Positions 49,347-57,234 of a stretch of 64,000 nt of DNA are shown piece after piece. Source of the stretch: a virus (lineage: Duplodnaviria > Caudoviricetes). The notes beneath the pieces were generated by a model, which saw only the letters and a program-made list of their open reading frames with translations, was not told the DNA's origin and searched no databases. The DNA lies in the IMG/VR virus record IMGVR_UViG_3300020151_001109, positions 35,535-99,534 of that record, one strand, 5' to 3'. The translations under genes and the position numbers were made by a program. The stretch's first letter is position 1, and each line of letters starts with the position of its first letter.

Positions 49347-49381
49347 AAAGACCGGCGCCGATAGCAGACACGCCGGTCTTT
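49347..49381. terminator. GC-rich hairpin, possibly bidirectional terminator
   Basis: AAAGACCGGCG / CGCCGGTCTTT. Confidence 0.55.
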
Positions 49382-49558
49382 CACCTACAATATGATTACT
49401 GTCGAATTTAGATACTAGGGTCATGCATGAGCATCACTCCACGCTATAGACACTGGGTTTAGAAATAAAGTCTCACCGATATCAGACATGACCACTTTAT
49501 TAATAGCACCAGAGCTGCTATGACTCGATCTTAAGTATCGCCGTTTTCTAGAGACAGC

Positions 49559-50233
49559 CTAACTTATTGTAGGTTCCTCATCATCTAGGATGAAGCCCGT
49601 TACAATATCTAGTCGTAACGGTTTCTTTCCATCCCACTCAGTTGGTATGGATTTACCACCCACCTGAATCTTTCCTGCTGTGCAATGAGCACAGTTTTGT
49701 TTTTCTCTGTGATCGTGATAACGAGTAACATCACTCTCATCTTTAGTGCACTTAGCCCGTATAAGTATGTCTTTACCAGTAAATGAGGTTAAATTTTTAT
49801 ACCCATCTAAACCATTACAAGTAAAGATATTAAATCCTTGACCACCACATGCAGAGCAACGCCTGAACTTTATTGGTTTCTTGCGGTCATTTTGTCTGTA
49901 GAGATAATACCTTCTTTTCTTATACTCTATAGATACTATGTTTGAGTAGTTAGCCATTGCTCTTCGTGTAGCGGGCCTTACTCTATGATATTGTGCTAAC
50001 GAAGGCAATATAACAACACCGTTTGGTTTATACGTAACTAAATGGAACGTAGATTGACTTGAAAAGGTAATTGCCATAGTTGTATCGTCAATCCTTCTAA
50101 CTACAAGTCCTCTATCATATAGAGGACGATATAGTTCTGGATTTTTTCCTGCAACTAAATAATCTACTGCTGAATTAAAGTCATGAACTTTATAGCCACG
50201 ATTTCTTTCCAGAAGTTGATCTTGTGTAACCAT
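49559..50233 (-). CDS. Hypothetical protein with DnaJ-type Cys motifs
   Basis: CSACGGQG, CAHCTAG. Confidence 0.6.
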   Translation of the reverse strand: MVTQDQLLERNRGYKVHDFNSAVDYLVAGKNPELYRPLYDRGLVVRRIDDTTMAITFSSQSTFHLVTYKPNGVVILPSLAQYHRVRPATRRAMANYSNIVSIEYKKRRYYLYRQNDRKKPIKFRRCSACGGQGFNIFTCNGLDGYKNLTSFTGKDILIRAKCTKDESDVTRYHDHREKQNCAHCTAGKIQVGGKSIPTEWDGKKPLRLDIVTGFILDDEEPTIS

Positions 50234-50242
50234 GATTCCTCC

Positions 50243-50554
50243 TTATCCTGTTTTTCTTCGGATTTCTAACCTTTGTTCTTCGGTTAAACCACCCCAGATA
50301 CCATAATCTTGATGGGTATCAAGAGCAAATTGCCTACACTTTTCCATTACAGGACACGCATTGCAATAAGAGACAGCCAACTCTATACGTCGAGTTTTTT
50401 CTGGCCCTCGTTCTAGTTCCTCATAGAAAAATACCTCCGAGTTTTTTAAGTCATTGCATAAGCCTTTTTCTTGCCACGCCCAGTTGTCATAAATGGGATT
50501 TGGCATATGCTTACTAAATTGACTAGGAGTATAAGCTTCTTTCTTTCTTGGCAT
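50243..50554 (-). CDS. whiB: WhiB family transcription factor (copy 3, WhiB3-like)
   Basis: W.WQEKGLC..VFF..ERG..CNACPV..CRQFAL...YGIWGGLTEEQR. Confidence 0.93.
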   Translation of the reverse strand: MPRKKEAYTPSQFSKHMPNPIYDNWAWQEKGLCNDLKNSEVFFYEELERGPEKTRRIELAVSYCNACPVMEKCRQFALDTHQDYGIWGGLTEEQRLEIRRKTG

Positions 50555-50695
50555 TGAACCTCCTTGGACATGAGTAATGAGCCGTTTAGCCTTGTCATGC
50601 TCAGGACAGGAAGCAGATATACCCCGATGCTTACGGGACGTGTTTTACCTTAGGTCTCGTCAGACCAAAGACACTCCTCCTTCTAGAGTGCGCCG

Positions 50696-50769
50696 TGCGC
50701 TGTGTAGGACTTGAACCTACGACGACCGAATTATGAGTTCGGGGCTCTAACCAACTGAGCTAACAGCGC
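50696..50769 (-). tRNA. tRNA with CAT anticodon (Ile2-lysidine or elongator Met); CCA not encoded
   Basis: GCGCTGT TAGCTCAGTTGGTTAGAGC, CCGAA-CTCATAA-TTCGG, GTAGG-TTCAAGT-CCTAC, ACAGCGC-A. Confidence 0.92.
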
Positions 50770-50799
50770 GGGCCAGCGAAATGTTTGTGTTGGCCGGAG

Positions 50800-50955
50800 T
50801 TATAGGGATTCTGTAAACTTTTCTACATCGCTTACTAATGTGGCTACTTGTTCTTGCAATAACTCAATGTGCTCAGCAAGAGAAGCCATTATTATATTTA
50901 AATCTTTTAACATCTCGTCGATGTTTATATCTTTTTTACCCTCATCTTCAGGCAT
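50800..50955 (-). CDS. Small coiled-coil protein
   Basis: GAGAGGA SD before MPEDEG. Confidence 0.5.
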   Translation of the reverse strand: MPEDEGKKDINIDEMLKDLNIIMASLAEHIELLQEQVATLVSDVEKFTESL

Positions 50956-51170
50956 TATCGATCCTCTCGTGTTGAGAATAAGCCGGAATGTTCCCACTTA
51001 TCTTTTGGTTCATATGAGTTACCCCATTTAAACTGACCGTTCTTGGCTTGAAAGTATCGACCAACAATTACGTGAGGATTTCTTGGATAGTCTGCAAGCC
51101 ATATCTGTGTTTTAAGGGGAAGTTTCCAGTATAGCCAAACAGGTATTGCTTTATGTAACCGTTCTTTCAT
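50955..51170 (-). CDS. Hypothetical protein
   Basis: TAATG coupling. Confidence 0.5.
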   Translation of the reverse strand: MKERLHKAIPVWLYWKLPLKTQIWLADYPRNPHVIVGRYFQAKNGQFKWGNSYEPKDKWEHSGLFSTREDR

Positions 51171-51340
51171 TACGCCATCTCCTTTACTGTTTTATATGTC
51201 TCCCGATTTTCGGCAAACAAGGCGCCATATGCTTTATCTTTGGTTAACCTTCGTAGTTCTATCATTAATGAACTAATGACGAGTTCTACTGGTATTGGAT
51301 TTTGAGAGGTAATACGGACAAGATGATGATATTCGTGCAT
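51170..51340 (-). CDS. 56-aa hypothetical protein (not in ORF track)
   Basis: AAGGAG SD; TAATG coupling. Confidence 0.5.
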   Translation of the reverse strand: MHEYHHLVRITSQNPIPVELVISSLMIELRRLTKDKAYGALFAENRETYKTVKEMA

Positions 51341-51350
51341 GAATTACTCC

Positions 51351-51857
51351 TTACTTAGCTCGTTTTGCTGTGCGCCACATGTGGGCATTTTCTGATTTAA
51401 CACCTATTGCAGTGAGTCCCATCTCAACTAATACATCGTCAATGTGGAACTTTAACTTCTCTAAGTCTTTAACGTCAAGCCTGACTAGGCAAGATGTGTC
51501 AAAGTCTTGGACAACGAGGAAGGCTGTGTTGTCTGTTTTACACCCTAATATGTATCCTGATTCTTTTCTGCATAGATCGCTTGATATGGTGTATTGACCT
51601 TCGGCAAGCAACTTATGTCGTGTAAAGGCATCTAGTAACGGAGTGTAACTGTCTTTGGAGCGGGCTTTGTTTGTGTTGGAGTTGGCTAACTTAATAGCCT
51701 CATCTTCGTGCTTAGTAACCGGATCTGATTCGACTTCTGGCACGGCATCTAACTTGGCTTTAGAGTCTTTGATTACGTCAGGGTTTGAATTGATATCTTC
51801 TAACTCTTCTGCAATTAACTCGTTTACTTTGCGGGGTGTTGTTTTCTTTTTAACCAC
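51351..51857 (-). CDS. Hypothetical protein
   Basis: 168-aa ORF in the leftward block. Confidence 0.55.
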   Translation of the reverse strand: MVKKKTTPRKVNELIAEELEDINSNPDVIKDSKAKLDAVPEVESDPVTKHEDEAIKLANSNTNKARSKDSYTPLLDAFTRHKLLAEGQYTISSDLCRKESGYILGCKTDNTAFLVVQDFDTSCLVRLDVKDLEKLKFHIDDVLVEMGLTAIGVKSENAHMWRTAKRAK

Positions 51858-51992
51858 GACGACTCTTCAATACTGTTACTACTGCTTTAGTGATTGCCAA
51901 TATAATGATAGTCACTAATAGAGTATCGATTGAGCCATCAGATAGGTCGAGATTGATTGTCATACCTTACCTTTCTACTTGATGGTTGTTGG

Positions 51993-52097
51993 AGACAGAG
52001 AAGGTATACCCAATACGCTGAGAGATGTAACGGATTTGCCCTCTGTACCGAGCAGGAATCATTGTCATGTTGGATCACGTGTAGACCTTCTCTGCCT
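51993..52097. ncRNA. Stem-closed non-coding cassette
   Basis: AGACAGAGAAGGT / ACCTTCTCTGCCT arms with nested inner helices. Confidence 0.45.
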
Positions 52098-52267
52098 AAA
52101 GATAAGAATCAGAATAAGTCGGCACTTGTCAAATACAGCTCCTCTAGCTTTTAATGCACATTCCTTCGAGTTCTGTATCTCAAGCCTATGTGGTCCGCGT
52201 AATTACCACGGTACTAAGTTCTTACACACCACTTGAGTCCTAGTTGATTCCTACCCTTTATCTGTCG

Positions 52268-52496
52268 AGAGACAGATAGGGAGCGCACTTACTATAAATG
52301 AATCTGTATGTATTCGTGAGGTTCTTCAAAGATGCATCTTTAATTACCGCCAGAAGTAACACATCTACTCAGCGTATATGCTCTGTTACCAAGTAGAAAC
52401 ACTCTTCCTTTTGCATGAATACACAGGCAAACCGCAAAGGTCTCTGACAGATGCGGTATCGATATTTACCTGTAAGTGCGCTTCCTACCTGCCTCT
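52268..52496. ncRNA. Stem-closed non-coding cassette
   Basis: 25-nt arms AGAGACAGATAGGGAGCGCACTTAC / GTAAGTGCGCTTCCTACCTGCCTCT; folded ~180-nt insert. Confidence 0.55.
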
Positions 52497-52602
52497 ATTT
52501 ATGTTCTTTCATATGATTTTGTAGGGTGAGATATGCAAAGGAAGAGCGAACTTCAATCTCTTTTTTGCATACCTCACACACTACTACCCTATTGCTAGGC
52601 AT
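52495..52602 (-). CDS. 35-aa single C2H2 zinc-finger microprotein (not in ORF track)
   Basis: MPSNRVVVCEVCKKEIEVRSSFAYLTLQNHMKEHK; TAATG coupling to 52602-52874. Confidence 0.6.
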   Translation of the reverse strand: MPSNRVVVCEVCKKEIEVRSSFAYLTLQNHMKEHK

Positions 52603-52874
52603 TAATAAGTTCTTTCAGCAAAACGATTAGCAGCATCGTTTATATTGTCGAAATATTCTCCCCATACACAAGAGCCGGTAGTATGATTGTAAGTCCATAC
52701 TACAAATGGGTGATAGGTAGATTCTGGGGCATAGCATAGGATTGTGTCACAATCCGTATTAGATGACTTTAGATTAAGAATCATAGCGCCTGTAGAGACG
52801 CCGCCATCGCCTTGCAACACTGTGCCAATCTTGATGGTCACAATGGTATTTTTAGGGGTCATTTTGTAATCCAC
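52602..52874 (-). CDS. Hypothetical protein
   Basis: HPFVVW.......WGEYF.....A...F.ER motif. Confidence 0.6.
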   Translation of the reverse strand: MDYKMTPKNTIVTIKIGTVLQGDGGVSTGAMILNLKSSNTDCDTILCYAPESTYHPFVVWTYNHTTGSCVWGEYFDNINDAANRFAERTY

Positions 52875-53068
52875 ACTCCTTGTTTTTTATCTAGAACGTG
52901 TTCCTGAATCACCCAGTCGCACTCTTCCCATCGGATTTGATCATCCATTATTGGGGCGATTTTGTCAATGAACTGATTCATGAACTCTTCAGCTTGCTTT
53001 TTGTTTTTCGCCTTGATTTCAATTATTGGGATTGAAAGGTCGGTCGAATAGTATTTCTCTTGACTCAC
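52859..53068 (-). CDS. Hypothetical protein
   Basis: AAGGGA SD before GTG (VSQEKYY). Confidence 0.5.
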   Translation of the reverse strand: MSQEKYYSTDLSIPIIEIKAKNKKQAEEFMNQFIDKIAPIMDDQIRWEECDWVIQEHVLDKKQGVWITK

Positions 53069-53112
53069 TGCATTTCCCTTCTGGCTGGCTGGTTGTTTGT
53101 GTTGGGGAAGCA

Positions 53113-53265
53113 TTACGGGCAATTACATATGCCGTATTGACACTCATAGTTTTTGAGGGCTTCAGAAGCCGTGAAACCATTGAGCCGTTCTTGCGCAATG
53201 AATAGGTCTTTCTCCAACTGCGCTATTGGATTTAGTGGGGTGGTTTTTTCTGTTTCCATTTCCAT
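53113..53265 (-). CDS. 50-aa hypothetical protein (not in ORF track)
   Basis: Ends CQYGICNCP. Confidence 0.35.
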   Translation of the reverse strand: MEMETEKTTPLNPIAQLEKDLFIAQERLNGFTASEALKNYECQYGICNCP

Positions 53266-53290
53266 CCTTACACTAGGACTTACCTCTGGG

Positions 53291-53575
53291 TTGAGATAAG
53301 TAGGAGATACACTGAATTACATACGGAATTACGGCGAGGCTCGCTCTCCGGTGATCTCTTGCATCGTTGATTTCTGCTTATAGTCGCGCATCTCAATAAG
53401 CTCAACGAACAGCGTGAGAGGGCTAACATTACCCGTGGGGTGTCTCTAAACCTCACGCTGGCCATCCAGATTACTTCTTCCATACTTCCCATCACTCCGA
53501 TATAGCCTCCAAAGTGATTTGTGTATCCTCAGTTATAATCGTGCTTCTCTCCAGTGTATCTCCTGCCTATCTCAA
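53291..53575. ncRNA. Stem-closed non-coding cassette with AGATACA arms
   Basis: TTGAGATAAGTAGGAGATACACTG / CAGTGTATCTCCTGCCTATCTCAA; inner helices GAGGCT/AGCCTC, CAGCGTGAG/CTCACGCTG, GCTTAT/ATAAGC. Confidence 0.6.
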
Positions 53576-53844
53576 ATCTTTTTCGGGGGAAATTTAGGGT
53601 GAGCAGTTTGTATTCCTCATACTCAGGAGGCGTCCCAAATAGCAGAAGGCCGGATCCGTGGTCTGGAACCCGCTGCGTTGGGCAACTATGGTGCGGGGGG
53701 ATGTTTGTGTTGGCTAGCCTTGTGATAATGCGTCGTCAATGCCCATACGATGAGCAAGACATATCAGGCAGGCGTAGGTGTCGTGGGTAGCGGGAACGCG
53801 GGTAAGATGTAGCCTAATAGATGCTACAAGTTCTTTATGTGTTG

Positions 53845-54045
53845 CTACTGCCACGACTCATCTACACAGTCTGTAACATATCGGTCTGTATAAATGACAA
53901 TCTGTCCATCATTATCAATCTCTGAACCACAGTAGTCTGCAAGTTCGGAGATCATATAATCGACAGTGATAAGTCTGCGGGAGATATACCAGGTGATGCC
54001 CGCAGTGAGCATCATAAGAAGCATAGTAAATCCGTTGAAGAACAT
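53845..54045 (-). CDS. Small membrane-anchored protein
   Basis: N-terminal TM segment. Confidence 0.5.
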   Translation of the reverse strand: MFFNGFTMLLMMLTAGITWYISRRLITVDYMISELADYCGSEIDNDGQIVIYTDRYVTDCVDESWQ

Positions 54046-54049
54046 ACTA

Positions 54050-54214
54050 TTATGAGCCTGACTTCAGACGAGGATTGGGGATGCGAATCATCTTGTGCCT
54101 GTTGCGTCGTTCATTGAACACCACAGTCCAGATGTATTTCTTCCAAGCCTTTCCGTTAGGACGATTTGCTCCTGTTTGAGCCTTCACAGGAGCTGGACTT
54201 GATTTCTTAGCCAC
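54050..54214 (-). CDS. 54-aa basic protein
   Basis: AAGGAGG SD then GTG at 54214 (track start 54406 unlikely). Confidence 0.6.
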   Translation of the reverse strand: MAKKSSPAPVKAQTGANRPNGKAWKKYIWTVVFNERRNRHKMIRIPNPRLKSGS

Positions 54215-54297
54215 TTGCCCTCCTTTATTAGGGGGCAGGCAACAAGGATTATCTTTACCCTGTATCTCAGGAACCTTGATGCCCGCCGATACTCCGC

Positions 54298-54394
54298 CGA
54301 GATGGGGAGTGAGAGATACACAGGCTAGAAAGCCATACAGTAAGAAGATGATAAAAACTGTATGGAACCTGTGTATCTTTCGCCACCCATATCG
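54298..54394. ncRNA. Stem-closed cassette with AGATACA arms
   Basis: GTGAGAGATACACAGG / CCTGTGTATCTTTCGC; inner CCATACAGT/ACTGTATGG. Confidence 0.55.
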
Positions 54395-54429
54395 AAGCCA
54401 GTCCACGATATTGAAATGGAAAAGGCAAT

Positions 54430-54467
54430 AAAAAAAAGGGGAGACCGTAATTACACAGTCTCCCCTT
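54430..54467 (-). terminator. Intrinsic terminator (leftward)
   Basis: GGGGAGAC..GTCTCCCC stem plus 8-T tract on the minus strand. Confidence 0.8.
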
Positions 54468-54468
54468 C

Positions 54469-55099
54469 AGACATACTAAGTGTGTAATGAAACACGGGCT
54501 GGAAGGTTGAAGCAGGTTATTTACACTTACCTGACGAGTGTTGATAACCAATTGAACCAGTGATAACTATTGTTAGAGTCAGGGCCATCGAATTGGCTAG
54601 TAGCAATAGAAACGAACGCACTACCCTATATGTGTTATTACACCCCTTAGTATGCCTTCCACTCTCAGATAGAGAGTGAGAGATACATAGTCTGTCTTGT
54701 AGCGAGAACGCCCAACTAACCTACGGGACTAGCCCTAGCCTATGTATCTTCCACCAACTATCTAATAGATACAGAGAGATACATAGTCTCTCCCAGATGC
54801 GGGTATTCCAAAGGCACTAGCGTTTTAGTAAGAACTAAGGAGGCTAGTGAGTCTGCAACCTTACAGAAATGAATCCGTTATAGGTTCGTTCCAACACCTT
54901 GAATAGCACCGACTGAGTAAGCCGCTTCACAGCATAGGTCTCAGAGGCTATGTATCTTCCTGCAACTACCTGATAACAAGCAGTCGAACCCCTCCCAAGC
55001 CTGGTGTTACAACTTGGGAGTGGTTTGCCTTCCCTGATAGTGGCTAAACAGCCATAACCAGACAGGGGTTTTATCCCCTGCCTGATTAGAGTGGTTTAG
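54469..55099. ncRNA. Tandem array of five stem-closed elements (54469-54657, 54667-54763, 54767-54971, ~54986-55026, 55044-55099)
   Basis: No credible ORF; abutting inverted repeats; exact direct repeats GAGAGATACATAGTCT (54678, 54774) and CTATGTATCTTCC (54740, 54948). Confidence 0.6.
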
Positions 55100-55117
55100 A
55101 CTCCTGCCGTGAGAGAA

Positions 55118-55684
55118 TTACTCAGAGAATGAACCCTTGAGTAATAGATAGATAGGGAACAAGAGGTTCTTAGCCTCTTGATCCATCTCTGCACCTAGTG
55201 AACTCTCCAACGCTGCTTTGAACGCTGGAGTAGTTGAAGCAAGTGATGCCGCTGCTGCTTCTTTAGCAGCCTTGAGAGCAGCCGCCTTCTCAGCGACAGC
55301 CGAAGCCTTGGCAGACAAGATGTCTACCGCGTCTGGGTTGCCGATGAGGGGCTTGATGTCTGTCCAGTCTACCTTTGTGAAGGCAGCAGCAATCTCAGCG
55401 TCTACGCCTGTGGCAATAAGAGCGCCGAGATAGATTGGCCGTTGGTAACCATTGGTGAGGAACTTCTTATCAACAGACTCTGTGTCTGTCTTATCACCAC
55501 GATTGGTCATAGCATCGACGACCAACTGACGAGTTGAAGCAAGTAATTCATCGACGCTACCGCCGTTGATAATAAAGTCCGCTACATTGCGGCGAACTTC
55601 TGGGGCAGCGAGGTTGGCATTACCTGCAACGAAAACACTATTTGACACGAGGTCAAGGGTGTTCGTCATTGTTTGTGTTGACAT
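55118..55684 (-). CDS. Hypothetical 188-aa protein, first gene of the leftward block
   Basis: TAGGTAG SD-like; biased codon usage; Ala-rich helical C-terminus. Confidence 0.7.
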   Translation of the reverse strand: MSTQTMTNTLDLVSNSVFVAGNANLAAPEVRRNVADFIINGGSVDELLASTRQLVVDAMTNRGDKTDTESVDKKFLTNGYQRPIYLGALIATGVDAEIAAAFTKVDWTDIKPLIGNPDAVDILSAKASAVAEKAAALKAAKEAAAASLASTTPAFKAALESSLGAEMDQEAKNLLFPIYLLLKGSFSE

Positions 55685-56196
55685 AACTACCTAACTAGGT
55701 CATACATACACCACCGCCTTGGTGGGTAGAGGTATGCCTGTGCGTGGCTAGGAATTGAACGCATAAGGGATATGCCGTGAAGTTTATTCTCCACACTAGA
55801 GGGTAATAGATACCCCGCCACCAGACACACGCTAAGGCAGGAAGAACGGCAAGAAGCCACATTGGTATTTATTTACTAGAAAATAAGTAAAAAAAATCCA
55901 CACGGATATTGCCCAAAATCTGGGCAGACTTATCCTGTGTGGTGTGGCGGGCTACATCATCACCGCCGTTCATTATGTATGGTATTGACCCCCGATAATG
56001 ACCCCTATGGGTTAGATGACCTTTATGAACCTTATCGCCAGGTGAGACAGGAAGCCATGACCTATATGGGGAAGGCAGTGGCCAAAAATTTTCAAGGTCG
56101 GGTGTATCTCAGGCAGTGGCTAAGGTCAAATTAGCCGGGGGGCTCAATGGCCGGGTATGGTATGCTTTACGGGCATCCAAACGAGAGGGCTTCACA

Positions 56197-56763
56197 TTGA
56201 CTACACTTGTGGCTATTCAGGGTAAAGGCTGGTCCGTCATTGGATGTGATTCACGGGCATCAGATGAAGATGGTCGTTTTATGGAGTTAGCAACATCAAA
56301 GGTCATCGATAACTCAGGTGTATTGATTGCTGTCTCTGGAGCATCTCGTGGTGGAAACATTACACAGTTCGGATGGAAACCTCCTAAGCCACGTGCAGGA
56401 GAAGATCTAGATGTGTTCATGACTAAGAAGTTCATCCCTAGTATGCGAAAAGCTTTTCAAGAAGCAGGCTATGAAGGTAAGGAAGACGGAGACTCAGCAT
56501 TCCAAGACTCTAATCTCATCGTCTCAGTAAGAGGAACTCTTTATCCGATCTTTAACGATTACTCTTGGGATAGAGAAGCCCGTAACGTCTACTATGCTGG
56601 ATCAGGTGGCGATATCGCACTTGGAGCCTTAGAAGCGCTAGACTATTCAAAAGCTAAGACGCCCGAAGCTGCTGAAAAAATTCTACGTCGTGCAATTGAA
56701 GCGGCGTGTAAGCATGACATCTATTCAGGTGGAGAGATTCACACCTTCGTACAAGAGGCGTAA
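56197..56763 (+). CDS. Proteasome-beta/HslV-like Ntn threonine protease
   Basis: (M)TTLVAI...CDSR...K...SG...AGSGG..ALGAL...AI..A..HDIYSGG; TTG start at 56197 puts Thr1 at the N-terminus. Confidence 0.85.
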   Translation: MTTLVAIQGKGWSVIGCDSRASDEDGRFMELATSKVIDNSGVLIAVSGASRGGNITQFGWKPPKPRAGEDLDVFMTKKFIPSMRKAFQEAGYEGKEDGDSAFQDSNLIVSVRGTLYPIFNDYSWDREARNVYYAGSGGDIALGALEALDYSKAKTPEAAEKILRRAIEAACKHDIYSGGEIHTFVQEA

Positions 56764-56834
56764 GTACAAAAAGGCCCCCAAAAAAGCCCGCGTTTGAACG
56801 ACTATATCTCTGCAAATCTGGGAGCATTCGTTAT

Positions 56835-57077
56835 ATGGAACTACGTGATAGTCAAATGGATCGTCGTAGGAGAAGTGCCGGCATGCTATGGGTCGGTGGA
56901 GTTTGGATCCCCACGTATTCTTTCTGGGGTGGCGGTGGATATCTAACGACTGCCCAATCAAATAATAATTCTAACTCAGGCAATACCGACAATTCAGAAG
57001 GAGACTCTAGTGCCCCAACTACAGGAGACGCCGCAGCTGGTGGAGATGCTTCCGCAGGAGCTACCGCCTCGTTGTGA
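56835..57077 (+). CDS. Low-complexity hypothetical protein
   Basis: Possible leaderless start; Gly/Asn/Ala-rich tail. Confidence 0.45.
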   Translation: MELRDSQMDRRRRSAGMLWVGGVWIPTYSFWGGGGYLTTAQSNNNSNSGNTDNSEGDSSAPTTGDAAAGGDASAGATASL

Positions 57078-57210
57078 CGGCTGCTCTGCCAGGGCGCTAA
57101 TTAAGTGCGATCTGCCTTTTGGCCCTCTTTATTTCTGCCAACACCACTACAATAAGCACGCCCTTGCGCTTACAGGCCAAGGTGGAGTTGCTAAACTTCT
57201 TACGTATTAA
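57010..57210 (+). CDS. Small actinobacterial-type Zn-binding protein
   Basis: RCDGCSARA......G.L.FCQHH..KH...L; AAGGAG SD. Confidence 0.6.
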   Translation: MPQLQETPQLVEMLPQELPPRCDGCSARALIKCDLPFGPLYFCQHHYNKHALALTGQGGVAKLLTY

Positions 57211-57234
57211 TACCGAAAGTTAGGATGTCTTTAC

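Larger units (their letters stand above)
43421..55681 (-). repeat. Dispersed asymmetric motif (C/T)CAACACAAACA, 9 copies in one orientation
   Basis: TGTTTGTGTTG(G/A) on + at 43421, 44799, 46847, 48772, 50782, 51668, 53094, 53702, 55670; also at 8773, and inverted at 41753 and 63870. Confidence 0.9.

Noticed and set aside
51957-54551. Track ORFs 51957, 51979, 53280, 53554, 54267 and the 5' extension of 54050-54406
   Set aside because: No SD, atypical composition, and they overlap the inverted-repeat cassettes or a terminator
54488-54615. Hammerhead ribozyme (CTGACGA plus GAAAC)
   Set aside because: Could not build stems I-III around the core nucleotides
54667-54971. CRISPR or mini-CRISPR array
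   Set aside because: Only two or three repeat copies, arranged as inverted arm pairs with very unequal inserts; the Cas4-like gene sits in the recombination block with no other cas genes
55741-55776. Second tRNA-like element (GTTCAATTC on the minus strand)
   Set aside because: T-stem flanks do not pair; no cloverleaf or minihelix
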